Shown piece by piece: positions 19,285-28,672 of a DNA stretch of 64,000 nt. Position numbers and translations under genes: made by a program. Source of the stretch: an uncultured Flavobacteriales bacterium (GTDB lineage: Bacteria > Bacteroidota > Bacteroidia > UBA10329); the NCBI GenBank assembly GCA_937900875.1, contig CALCGD010000268.1, forward strand, positions 4,334 through 68,333, written 5' to 3'. The notes under the pieces are model-generated. The model saw only the letters and a program-made list of their open reading frames with translations, was not told the DNA's origin and searched no databases. How positions within the stretch are numbered: the first letter of the stretch is position 1; each line of letters opens with the position of its first letter.

Positions 19285-19718
19285 TTCAGCAAAGCACCAG
19301 TTAATATATAATTACAATGTTCTAGGTCGTCCCAGTTTAGCTTTAAACGCCCTTTAAAAGTCGCTATTTCATCTGTTTTGAAGGCTTCTTTTACTCCCTT
19401 AGGAAATTGGAGTTCCATTACACTTTCTGGGCCAGCATTTCCGCAGAAAAAACAAGACGCAAACGGATTGGCAGAAAGCACATAGTAACCAGACTCTACG
19501 TCTACTGGAATTACATATCCTTCAATTACAATTAAAGCACTATCTAAACCAAGTACTTCTTTGCTGTAAGCTGGATACCAAACGGTTTCATCATATTTTG
19601 GGTAGTACTTTTCTTCCCAGGTAACTTTTGCCAAAAGAGCCCAGTCAATTGGTTTATGCTGGGCCTGTACTAGTAGTCCTGCCAAAACAAAAAGAGAGGA
19701 AATCAACACTTTATTCAT
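19281..19718 (-). CDS. Small secreted protein, paralog 2, with conserved CFFCGNAGPE motif
   Basis: Signal peptide; GYVIPVD...LSANPFASCFFCGNAGPESVMEL. It has 4-nt and 8-nt overlaps with its neighbours. Confidence 0.65.
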   Translation of the reverse strand: MNKVLISSLFVLAGLLVQAQHKPIDWALLAKVTWEEKYYPKYDETVWYPAYSKEVLGLDSALIVIEGYVIPVDVESGYYVLSANPFASCFFCGNAGPESVMELQFPKGVKEAFKTDEIATFKGRLKLNWDDLEHCNYILTGALLK

Positions 19719-20934
19719 TTCTCAAAATGGTTGAGATGTCTGTTTTGTAGGCTCTTAGGGCAGGTATCAAGGCAGCCACAACGCCTACAAAAAGGGTTAT
19801 TGGTAGCAACCAAATTTCTATTTCGCTTATTGCTACTTGCGTTATAGAAAAGTGAAATTGCTCTTCGCCAAATGTTGAAAGAGTCATAACCGCAATGCGC
19901 CCTAGAATAATGCCAAACGCGTATCCCACTAAGCATAAAAGCAGACTTTCTTGTAATACGAGAGCAAAGAGTTTTGTCGGAGACGCTCCTAATGAACGCA
20001 TCAGCGCAAGTTCATATTTCCTTTCTTTTAAAGAATTAAGGAGGGAAATAAACACACTTAATGCTGCAATACACATGATGAGGAATCCAATTGCTTGAAG
20101 AGTTGAAAACCCAATTCCCATCAAATCGTAAAGTCGGTTTATCTCAATGGCTGGTAATGCTGCCTGCATAGATGTCTTTTCGTTGATAAAACGAGGCACT
20201 TGCATTATGCCCATTGGGCTCTTAAATTTCACCAGTAGGGCGGTAATTTGCTGATCATCTTCATAATGATTGGATTCCTCATCAGCATGGCCGTGTTGGT
20301 GTTCATCTGATTCTTCTGGATGATGATGAATATCCCAAACACTTGTTGTGGAAGTGAGAATTAAGCGGTCTGCCACGGTACCGGTTTCATTCAGGATTCC
20401 AACCACGGTATAATGTGCTTCTTCATGTGCCTCTCCTTCGGTTTCTAAACCATGAGTTCCGTGGAAGTGGCTGCCTATACTCATCTCAAGACTCTTCGCT
20501 ACGGTTTTACCAAGCACCACTTCCATGCTTCCAGACCAGCTGGTTCCGGATGAAAAAGTTGCCCCAAAATGACGGAGATAAACTGAATCTGTACCAACAA
20601 TCCGATAGCCACCATAACTATCTCCATAAGAGAGTGGAATACTGTATTTAACAAGTGGATGCGTGATTATTCTTCGGGCCTCAGAAACGGGAATATTACC
20701 GGTTGGATTGTCTATTTGATAAACAGCCGAGAGAATGAGCTGAAGGGGGCTGCCTTTTGCCCCAACAACCATGTCGATTCCTCGGATATCTCGATTAAAA
20801 CGGTCGTTGAGTTGATTGCTTACAGTAACGATAAAGGACACCATCCCGATACCGATAGCTAGTAGCATAACGCTCAGTGCAGTTGTAAGGAAATGCTCCT
20901 TCAGATTTGCGTATGCAAGGCCCAACATCCTCAT
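19711..20934 (-). CDS. ABC transporter permease, FtsX/MacB-type, with His-rich periplasmic insertions
   Basis: TM1 followed by a large periplasmic domain, then three C-terminal TM helices with FtsX-like sequence. Two His clusters: GSHFHGTHGLETEGEAHEEAHY and DIHHHPEESDEHQHGHADEESNHYEDD. Confidence 0.85.
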   Translation of the reverse strand: MRMLGLAYANLKEHFLTTALSVMLLAIGIGMVSFIVTVSNQLNDRFNRDIRGIDMVVGAKGSPLQLILSAVYQIDNPTGNIPVSEARRIITHPLVKYSIPLSYGDSYGGYRIVGTDSVYLRHFGATFSSGTSWSGSMEVVLGKTVAKSLEMSIGSHFHGTHGLETEGEAHEEAHYTVVGILNETGTVADRLILTSTTSVWDIHHHPEESDEHQHGHADEESNHYEDDQQITALLVKFKSPMGIMQVPRFINEKTSMQAALPAIEINRLYDLMGIGFSTLQAIGFLIMCIAALSVFISLLNSLKERKYELALMRSLGASPTKLFALVLQESLLLCLVGYAFGIILGRIAVMTLSTFGEEQFHFSITQVAISEIEIWLLPITLFVGVVAALIPALRAYKTDISTILRNE

Positions 20935-21557
20935 AGCGTTATCGAATTTTGAAAACGGTTTTTTAACCGCTGATCATGGGTTACCACAATTAAAGCTGCT
21001 CCGTGACCCGTCACTGTCCTCTGGAGAAGGTTTGCAACCAAAGCAGCATTTTCATCATCTAAGGCAGAAGTTGGCTCATCTGCCAGCACCACTTTTGGGT
21101 TGGTTACCAAAGCCCTGGCAATGCTCGCTCTCTGGCGCTCCCCAATACTTAAATCGCTTGGCTTCGCGTGCATCCTGTGCGTAATTCCCAACTCATTAAG
21201 AAGACTTTCCGCCAACTCATTATTAGCTGATAAACCCGCTAAAGAACGTGCAAGACTTAGGTTTTGAAACACGGTGATAGAACGTACAAACTGCGCTGAT
21301 TGAAAAACGATTCCAATGTTTTCTCCACGAAACTTATCTCTTTTGGAGCCATTAAGTTCCACCAGATTGACTCCGGAAATTTCAACCAATCCATCAGCAG
21401 GATTCATTAGTCCGGCCAACAAATGTAATAGTGTTGTTTTGCCAGACCCTGACTTACCAAGAACGAGTAAAGATTGGCCCTCGGTTATGTTCAGATTTGG
21501 AAAACTGAAAGTGGCACCTTGCGGATAATTGAATGAAAGGTCTTTGGTACTGAGCAT
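20931..21557 (-). CDS. ABC transporter ATP-binding protein (MacB/LolD-like)
   Basis: Walker A (GKSGSGKTTLL), signature (LSIGERQRASIARAL) and Walker B (LADEPTSALD). Confidence 0.92.
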   Translation of the reverse strand: MLSTKDLSFNYPQGATFSFPNLNITEGQSLLVLGKSGSGKTTLLHLLAGLMNPADGLVEISGVNLVELNGSKRDKFRGENIGIVFQSAQFVRSITVFQNLSLARSLAGLSANNELAESLLNELGITHRMHAKPSDLSIGERQRASIARALVTNPKVVLADEPTSALDDENAALVANLLQRTVTGHGAALIVVTHDQRLKNRFQNSITL

Positions 21558-21623
21558 TTTCTTATATAATGCAAAACTAAGGTGTTGAGCGGAGGTTCGT
21601 ACTTTTGACCGACATTCGTAGCT

Positions 21624-22607
21624 ATGCTTGAAAGACCAAGAAGAAATCGTGCCTCTGAGACCATTAGAAGTATGGTTCGCGAAACAAGACTAGATCTTGC
21701 AAACCTCATTTTCCCACTTTTTGTGGTAGACGGCACGGGAAAGAAAGAGCCGATTGGCGCCTTACCCGGAATTTTTCGATTTTCAGAAGATTACGTGGTA
21801 AAGGAGGTTGAGGAATGTATGAATTTGGGACTGAGGTCTTTCGTGCTTTTTCCAGCCGTTGAAGACTCTCTTAAAGACAAAACGGCAACCTATAGCTACA
21901 GCGAAAAGAATTTTTACTTGCGCATTATTTCAAGACTTAAGAAGGAGTTTCCGGAATCTTGTCTTATGAGCGATGTAGCTATGGACCCATATAGCTCTGA
22001 CGGGCATGATGGACTGGTGGAAAACGGCAGAATTCTGAATGACGAAACCCTCGGCATTCTGGGCAAAATGGCCGTGGCGCAAGCCGAAGCCGGAATAGAT
22101 ATCATAGGACCATCAGACATGATGGACGGTCGCGTACAGCACATTCGCGAAGAACTGGACGATGAAGACTTCGAAAATGTGGCTATAATGAGCTATTGCG
22201 CCAAATATGCTAGCGCATACTACGGGCCATTTAGAGAAGCTCTGGCAAGCGCTCCAAAATCTGGAGATAAGAAAACTTATCAGATGGACCCAGCAAATAA
22301 GTGGGAAGCTGTTAGAGAAGGAGAATTAGATGTGGCAGAAGGAGCAGATTTTCTCATGGTAAAGCCAGCTCTTTTGTACTTGGATGTCATTCATCTATTG
22401 AAAGAAAAATTTGAGCTTCCAATTGCCGCTTATAATGTGAGTGGCGAATATGCAATGCTTAAAGCAGCGGCAGCCAATGGTTGGTTAAATTACGATCAGG
22501 CTATGCCGGAAATGCTACTGAGCTTTAAGCGAGCTGGAGCAACCTCCATTCTTACTTATGCCGCAAAAGAATACGCACAAATGTTAAAAGAAGGCCGCCT
22601 TGCTTAA
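21624..22607 (+). CDS. hemB: Porphobilinogen synthase (delta-aminolevulinate dehydratase)
   Basis: N-terminus RPRRNR...; full-length ALAD architecture and conserved active-site region. Confidence 0.92.
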   Translation: MLERPRRNRASETIRSMVRETRLDLANLIFPLFVVDGTGKKEPIGALPGIFRFSEDYVVKEVEECMNLGLRSFVLFPAVEDSLKDKTATYSYSEKNFYLRIISRLKKEFPESCLMSDVAMDPYSSDGHDGLVENGRILNDETLGILGKMAVAQAEAGIDIIGPSDMMDGRVQHIREELDDEDFENVAIMSYCAKYASAYYGPFREALASAPKSGDKKTYQMDPANKWEAVREGELDVAEGADFLMVKPALLYLDVIHLLKEKFELPIAAYNVSGEYAMLKAAAANGWLNYDQAMPEMLLSFKRAGATSILTYAAKEYAQMLKEGRLA

Positions 22608-23607
22608 GATTGATATGCATACGCATATTATGCCGCATACTATGCCGGATTTTGCCCGAAAATTTGGGTATGGCGATTTTATAATGCTTGACCATGTGGA
22701 GGCTGGCGCGGCAAATATGATGCAGGGACGAAGGTTTTTCCGAAAAATTACTGAGAACTGCTGGAATCCAGAAATACGCATATCAGAATATGAACAGTAC
22801 AATACACAGGTTCAAGTTGTATGCACTATTCCTGTGTTGTTTTCGTATTGGGCTGAGCCAAAAGATGGGGCTGAGGTGTCCAGGTTTTTAAATGATGATT
22901 TAGCTAAATCAATAGAACCGTTTTCAAAGAATTACATAGGACTAGGCACGCTTCCTATGCAGGATACCAAACTTGCCATACAAGAACTCAAACACTGCAA
23001 AGAGTTGGGTTTCCCAGGGGTACAAATAGGCTCCAACATCAATGACAAGAATCTAGACGAACCAGAATTCTACCCAATTTTCGAAGCGTGTCAAGACCTT
23101 GGAATGGCAGTTTTTGTTCACCCATGGAACATGATGGGAATGGACCAAATGAAAAAATATTGGCTGCCCTGGTTGGTTGGAATGCCGGCAGAAACGTCTC
23201 GTGCAATTTGCTCAATGGTATTCGCGGGCATTTTCGAAAAACTTCCAAACCTTCGTGTTTGTTTTGCGCATGCTGGAGGCTCATTTATACCAACGATTGG
23301 TAGAATTGAGCACGGATTTGATTGTAGACCAGATTTGGTTGCAATAGATAATGATGTGAACCCGAGAGAATACCTCGGCAAATTTTGGGTCGACTGCATT
23401 ACGCACGATCCGGATTCGTTGCGCTTTATTTTAGACAAAGTTGGTTCTGAGAAAGTTTGTCTAGGAAGCGATTATCCATTTCCATTGGGAGACTTAGAAA
23501 TTGGAAGGTTTATTGAGGAAATGAATTTGCCTCAAACCGATATTGATAACATTTTCTGCAATTCTAGTATGGATTGGTTAGCTCTCGATAAAACCCAATT
23601 CAGCTGA
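22600..23607 (+). CDS. Amidohydrolase-2 family protein (ACMSD-like metal-dependent decarboxylase/hydrolase)
   Basis: N-terminal metal-binding motif KIDMHTHIMPH; TIM-barrel amidohydrolase-2 pattern (HAGG, GSDYPFP). Confidence 0.8.
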   Translation: MLKIDMHTHIMPHTMPDFARKFGYGDFIMLDHVEAGAANMMQGRRFFRKITENCWNPEIRISEYEQYNTQVQVVCTIPVLFSYWAEPKDGAEVSRFLNDDLAKSIEPFSKNYIGLGTLPMQDTKLAIQELKHCKELGFPGVQIGSNINDKNLDEPEFYPIFEACQDLGMAVFVHPWNMMGMDQMKKYWLPWLVGMPAETSRAICSMVFAGIFEKLPNLRVCFAHAGGSFIPTIGRIEHGFDCRPDLVAIDNDVNPREYLGKFWVDCITHDPDSLRFILDKVGSEKVCLGSDYPFPLGDLEIGRFIEEMNLPQTDIDNIFCNSSMDWLALDKTQFS

Positions 23608-23617
23608 ATCTTTCGGT

Positions 23618-24748
23618 ATGAATGTAATTTTCAATAAGCCGCTGGTTTTAGGAACGGAGCAAGAATTACTAGGTCAAGTGATTGCTTCCGGTCAGTTTTC
23701 AGCAAATGGGGAGTACACTCGAAAGTGCCATCAAATTTTAGAGAATGAACTAAACTACAGAAAAGCACTTTTAACAACCTCATGCACATCAGCATTGGAG
23801 TTAAGCGCCTTATTACTAAATATTGGCCTTGGCGATGAGGTAATAATTCCTTCATACGCATTTGTTACCACGGCAAATGTGTTTGCCAACAGAGGAGCCA
23901 AAATTGTTTTTGCCGATAGTAGAGAAGATAACCCTAACATAAATGAGGCACAGATTAGCGGCTTAATCACGTCCAAAACTAAAGCAATTGTAGCATTGCA
24001 CTATGGTGGTGTTGCTTGCAACATGACCGAGATTGTTGCAATAGCTAGAAAGCACAACATTGCTGTAATTGAAGATAATGCTCAGGGTATTGGTTCAACT
24101 TACCAAGGCTCTCCTTTGGGAGGCATTGGCGATTTAGGTGCAATTTCGTTTCACGAGACTAAAAACGTTCATTGTGGAGAGGGTGGGGCGCTTTTAGTAA
24201 ATAATCAGTCGCTTATCAATAAGGCAGATGTTGCTTGGGATATGGGAACCAATAAAGCCGATTATAAAGCTGGTAAGGTTGATAGTTATGGATGGGTTGC
24301 TACTGGCTCTTCATATTATCCCTCAGAGCTTAATGCTGCATTTTTATTTAGTCAATTACAGAAGCTAAGTAGCGTTAACGAACAAAGACTGATGCTGTGG
24401 AATCAGTATGACCGAGGCCTAGAAAATCTTGAGGCCAATGGTGTTATTAAAAGACCGTTAATACCAGAAAACACCACCCATAATGCCCATACTTTTTACC
24501 TTGTTCTCAATAACAGGAAGGAAAGAGATGGCCTAATTACTTTTCTTGCCGAGCAAGGAATTGGCGCTCCATTTCATTTTCAATCTCTTCATCAGTCTCC
24601 TTACTTCAAAGATCAGTATGAAGGGCCAGAATTGAGAAATTCAGACCAGTATACAGACTGTCTAATTAGACTACCTCTGCATCATGGATTAAGGCCAAAT
24701 GAGTTAGAGTATGTCGTTAATAATGTTCAAGCATATTACAAGAACTAA
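23618..24748 (+). CDS. wecE: dTDP-4-amino-4,6-dideoxygalactose transaminase (DegT/DnrJ/EryC1 family, WecE-like)
   Basis: Close alignment by eye to E. coli WecE along its length (SCT.ALE, PSY.FV.TANAF, GAKIVF.D, FHETKN PLP-lysine motif). Confidence 0.85.
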   Translation: MNVIFNKPLVLGTEQELLGQVIASGQFSANGEYTRKCHQILENELNYRKALLTTSCTSALELSALLLNIGLGDEVIIPSYAFVTTANVFANRGAKIVFADSREDNPNINEAQISGLITSKTKAIVALHYGGVACNMTEIVAIARKHNIAVIEDNAQGIGSTYQGSPLGGIGDLGAISFHETKNVHCGEGGALLVNNQSLINKADVAWDMGTNKADYKAGKVDSYGWVATGSSYYPSELNAAFLFSQLQKLSSVNEQRLMLWNQYDRGLENLEANGVIKRPLIPENTTHNAHTFYLVLNNRKERDGLITFLAEQGIGAPFHFQSLHQSPYFKDQYEGPELRNSDQYTDCLIRLPLHHGLRPNELEYVVNNVQAYYKN

Positions 24749-24749
24749 C

Positions 24750-26093
24750 ATGACGTTGAAGCAGGTTTTAGCTGGCTTATCCACTCTTGCATTTTTCATT
24801 TACCACTTAACGGTTGATTTCTACTATCGCCCAAATGCAGATGACTTTGCCGGAATGTATTATGCTTCAAATGGCTTGCCTGGTCTAGGCTATGCTGTAC
24901 GCTTTTATTTCGAATGGGAAGGGCCGTTTCTGAGTATGATAGTTCAAGGTCTATGGATGCGATTATTGTATTTAGGAGTACCAGGCATCATCATTTTAGG
25001 CTCAATAAAAGTTATGCTATTCGTCTCATCTGTTTATATGACAGAAGGCGTAATTGAATGGATATCTGGCAAAAAAGACTGGGCATTGGCTGTAATAGGC
25101 GGTGCAGCAATTACTACAACCATGTATCTTATTTCTAGCGAACAATCAGAGATTTGGCATTGGGTAATGGGGTCGGTTGTGTACCTGCACCCCCTTTTAT
25201 TTTTACAGGTAGCTATTGGCCTCTTATTACGGGGCAAATTCTACCATGCAATTTTACCGCTTGCCTATATTATGGAAAGCAGGGCAACCTATGCTGTTTT
25301 GTTTTTCGGGCTGATTACGCTTATTACAATTTGGGCTTGGGTAAAGAATCTTGAGTGGAAAAAGAGGGCACTTTTAATGGAAGCTATCCTTTTGGTCTCG
25401 TTGCTCATTTATATTCTAGCACCCGGAAATAGTAAGCGCGTTAGCCAAGGAGGATTTGATATGGAGCACTACCTCTACGAGTACTTTAAGGAAATTAGAA
25501 ACCTCTTTCTTTCATTCAATTTAGCTAAAACGGATCGCCTGTTAATGGGCCTGATGATGCTTGTACCATTATTGCCGAATCTCAATAGCCAGCGATTTCA
25601 AACAATAAAGAAGGGGATTGCCTTGCCAGGCCTAGCTTACGTGTCATTTGTTTTTGCCCATGGGGTAGTATTTGTTCTTGCTACAGGCTATGCTGCTTGG
25701 TTCAGGGTTTATTCCATGCACACTTTCCTGTTTATTATCTGTGCACTTTTTTACGCGTACCTGGGCTATCAATTTTTTGTGAAAGAAAGACTACATGCCC
25801 GAATTATCAGTACAATTCCGATAATTGGATTCGTATTAATGTGTTTCAGTTTGTACAAAAATTTCCCCGATTATATTACAAAGGGCAAAGCATATAGCGA
25901 AGCTTATGATGTGAGATGCGATAAGATTTTTAGCTATCAGGGTTTAGAATCTGACACGCTTAGAATTGCCAAAATGCCAGACTCAGGCGTACTCTATTAC
26001 TGGGAGTTTTCTGAAAACCCAAAGCACTGGATAAACAAGGACTTTCGAACACGGTACGACATACCGTTTTATGTAGCCTTGGAGGCAGAATAA
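24750..26093 (+). CDS. Polytopic integral membrane protein, candidate GT-C-like glycosyltransferase or polymerase. Start adjusted to the Met after the wecE stop.
   Basis: About 448 aa with at least 10 predicted TM helices; no soluble domains. Confidence 0.55.
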   Translation: MTLKQVLAGLSTLAFFIYHLTVDFYYRPNADDFAGMYYASNGLPGLGYAVRFYFEWEGPFLSMIVQGLWMRLLYLGVPGIIILGSIKVMLFVSSVYMTEGVIEWISGKKDWALAVIGGAAITTTMYLISSEQSEIWHWVMGSVVYLHPLLFLQVAIGLLLRGKFYHAILPLAYIMESRATYAVLFFGLITLITIWAWVKNLEWKKRALLMEAILLVSLLIYILAPGNSKRVSQGGFDMEHYLYEYFKEIRNLFLSFNLAKTDRLLMGLMMLVPLLPNLNSQRFQTIKKGIALPGLAYVSFVFAHGVVFVLATGYAAWFRVYSMHTFLFIICALFYAYLGYQFFVKERLHARIISTIPIIGFVLMCFSLYKNFPDYITKGKAYSEAYDVRCDKIFSYQGLESDTLRIAKMPDSGVLYYWEFSENPKHWINKDFRTRYDIPFYVALEAE

Positions 26094-26137
26094 AACACAA
26101 CTGAACACAAGCGGTATTATATCTTAGTTTTGTTACA

Positions 26138-26845
26138 ATGGCTGAAAAAGTTGAGCTTTCTGTAGTAATTCTGTGTTATAGATCTGGCGCAGGTGTAGTG
26201 GATTTCATTAAGAAAGCCGAAGACCTAATTAAGACGCTTACTGATAGCTACGAACTTGTGCTCGTTGCCAATTATATCGAGGGTTCGGGCGACCGTACTA
26301 GAGACTACGTATTAAAACTTGCTGACGACAATTCTAAATGCGTTGCCTTGTGTAAACCAAAGGAAGGCATGATGGGTTGGGATATGCGCTCTGGAATGGA
26401 CGCTGCCAATGGCAAGTATATCTGTGTAATTGATGGCGATGGGCAATTCCCAATTGAAAGTATATCTGCCTGTTTTTTGGAAGTAAGAAAAGGTCAGTAC
26501 GATTTGGTTAAAACGTATCGAACAAAACGCGGAGACGGAGCTTATAGAAGGCTAATAAGCAAGGTTTATAATTTCCTTTTTTCGATCCTGTTTCCCGGAA
26601 TCAATTCTGAAGACGCTAACTCTAAGCCTAAAATTCTGAAGGCGAGTGCTTATCATCAAATGAAATTGAAATCAGACGATTGGTTTATTGATGCAGAAAT
26701 AATGCTAAACATTAGAGATAAAAAAATGACATTTTACGAACTTCCCATAGAGTTTTATGAGCTTGAAGGCCGTTCGTCATTTGTAAAACCAGCAGCCATT
26801 TGGGAATTCATGAAAAACCTGTTTAACTACAGGTTTGGCAAATAA
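26138..26845 (+). CDS. Glycosyltransferase family 2 (DPM1-like, soluble)
   Basis: VVILCY...D.D GT-A signatures (VIDGDGQ); 235 aa. Confidence 0.8.
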   Translation: MAEKVELSVVILCYRSGAGVVDFIKKAEDLIKTLTDSYELVLVANYIEGSGDRTRDYVLKLADDNSKCVALCKPKEGMMGWDMRSGMDAANGKYICVIDGDGQFPIESISACFLEVRKGQYDLVKTYRTKRGDGAYRRLISKVYNFLFSILFPGINSEDANSKPKILKASAYHQMKLKSDDWFIDAEIMLNIRDKKMTFYELPIEFYELEGRSSFVKPAAIWEFMKNLFNYRFGK

Positions 26846-26848
26846 ACA

Positions 26849-27730
26849 ATGGAAAAAAAGCAGCGCATTTTTGTAACCGGAGCCTCATCCGAATTAATGC
26901 TGCACGCGCTTTCTGGATTTGACCACAATAAGTATGAAATTACTGGGCTTACAAGAAACCCTAATCCGTCTAATATTGACGGATTGCGATGGGTTATAGG
27001 AGCCATTGAATCGCCTGAAAGCTATTCGGAAGAAATAGCAGATGTGGACATAATAATTCACGCTGCAGCAATTACCCACACCAAAAAAGAAAAGGAGTAC
27101 TTCCGCGTTAATCATTTGGGTACAACAAACCTGATTAACGCAGTTTCAAAAGGCAAAAGCCCACTGTTCGTTTTTATTTCTTCAAGAGTTGCTAGTGAAG
27201 ACAGCGGTGCCTATGGAGTTAGTAAGTTGCGTGCAGAAGAGGAGGTTCAAAAGCTTGAAAATTGGGTGATAGTTAGACCATCTGAAGTTTATGGTGGAAG
27301 CAAGTCAGAGGGAATTGAAAAAACCATACAATCGGCCATATCAGGCGGAACCCAGCTTTGCCCTGTAGGCATACAAAGCAAATTGTATCCCATTCATATT
27401 TCTGATGCGGCTTTAGCTATCACTTCCGCTGTTCTAAACCAACAGTCACGAAATAAAATTGTGATTGTCAATGGCAGCAAAGGGTATACGTTTAAAGCAC
27501 TGCTATGGTCCATTCAAGCCATTTCAGGAAAAAGAATGACCATTATTCCTATCCCAAAATGGCTTTTGCAATTGGCGGCATTAGTCTCTTCTGTTTTACC
27601 ACTAAACATTGGCTTTGTACCTGATCAGGTGCAGCGCCTTTATTCCAAAAAAGAACACAATAAATTGTGCGAGTGCTTGGTGCAATTGGAAGATTACATA
27701 AAGCAAGAGGTTGAAAAACGAAATGGATAA
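26849..27730 (+). CDS. NAD-dependent epimerase/dehydratase (extended SDR)
   Basis: Rossmann-type nucleotide-binding motif (IFVTGASS), YxxxK-type catalytic region, 293 aa. Confidence 0.75.
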   Translation: MEKKQRIFVTGASSELMLHALSGFDHNKYEITGLTRNPNPSNIDGLRWVIGAIESPESYSEEIADVDIIIHAAAITHTKKEKEYFRVNHLGTTNLINAVSKGKSPLFVFISSRVASEDSGAYGVSKLRAEEEVQKLENWVIVRPSEVYGGSKSEGIEKTIQSAISGGTQLCPVGIQSKLYPIHISDAALAITSAVLNQQSRNKIVIVNGSKGYTFKALLWSIQAISGKRMTIIPIPKWLLQLAALVSSVLPLNIGFVPDQVQRLYSKKEHNKLCECLVQLEDYIKQEVEKRNG

Positions 27731-28616
27731 GATTTCGATTATTATTCCGTGCTATCAAAACGAAGAAAATCTTCCGGTTACCGCAGAAGCGCTGAAATCA
27801 AACGAAGGGTTATTTGGCGATAACACGTCATTTGAATATGTGCTTATTGATGATGGATCTACAGACAAAACCTGGCAATCCATTCTCGAAATTAAACGCA
27901 GATGGCCAGATTCGTTTTCAGGAATTCGTCTGTCTAAAAACACTGGTTCGTATAATGCTATTTGTGCCGGATTGAAACGGGCAACAGGGAATTGTATTGT
28001 GGTAATGGCGGCTGATTTACAAGACCCACCTAGCCATATTTTCACTATGTATGACGCGTGGACAAAAGGAGCTAAGCTAGTGCTAGCTAATCGAACTGAA
28101 AGATTGGACAAATGGCCATCTAGACAAATGGCTACTGCGTATCATTTTGTCATTAAAACAATGGCACTACCTAATTTGCCCAAAGGAGGCTTCGATTTCT
28201 GTTTGTTCGATAATCAGATTAAAGATGAAATGATTGAAAAATGGATTTCAAACACAAATTCATTATTTATTCTTCTTTCTCTTAAGCACAAATATGTCCT
28301 TGCTCCTTATAAAAAGCGAAAGCGTACAATTGGCCAATCTCAATGGACCTTTAGCAAGAAGTTGAAGTTGTTTGTTAATACAGTTTTGGCCTTTTCAATC
28401 ATCCCTCCGTTAGCATTTTATACGGGAAGTTTGTTTCTAGGAACAATTTGTTTGCTTGTAAATAGAAAGGTTTTCCAAGATCAGTTTCCATGGAGTCAAC
28501 TTCTCATTCTTTCTGCGGTACTCTTATTTGGATTGGGGCTTGCAATAAGAATTGCCTATTCCAGATTTCAAAATGCGCAGAAACAACCTCCGTTTGTTGT
28601 GGAAGAATCGGTTTGA
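27711..28616 (+). CDS. Glycosyltransferase family 2 with C-terminal TM helices (GtrB/ArnC-like polyprenyl-phosphate sugar transferase)
   Basis: SIIIPCYQNEENL...IDDGSTD...AADLQDP GT-A motifs plus two C-terminal TM helices. Confidence 0.8.
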   Translation: MKNEMDKISIIIPCYQNEENLPVTAEALKSNEGLFGDNTSFEYVLIDDGSTDKTWQSILEIKRRWPDSFSGIRLSKNTGSYNAICAGLKRATGNCIVVMAADLQDPPSHIFTMYDAWTKGAKLVLANRTERLDKWPSRQMATAYHFVIKTMALPNLPKGGFDFCLFDNQIKDEMIEKWISNTNSLFILLSLKHKYVLAPYKKRKRTIGQSQWTFSKKLKLFVNTVLAFSIIPPLAFYTGSLFLGTICLLVNRKVFQDQFPWSQLLILSAVLLFGLGLAIRIAYSRFQNAQKQPPFVVEESV

Positions 28617-28640
28617 TTGTAGAACCATTCCCCTAATTTG
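28612..28640 (+). promoter_or_regulatory. Candidate Bacteroidetes sigma-A type promoter (-33 TTTG ... -7 TAATTTG) upstream of the oligopeptidase B gene
   Basis: TTTG at 28612-28615, 18 nt spacer, TAATTTG at 28634-28640, about 33 nt before the ATG at 28673. Confidence 0.35.
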
Positions 28641-28672
28641 CAGCCCCGTACAAAACCGAATTATCATTCCTA

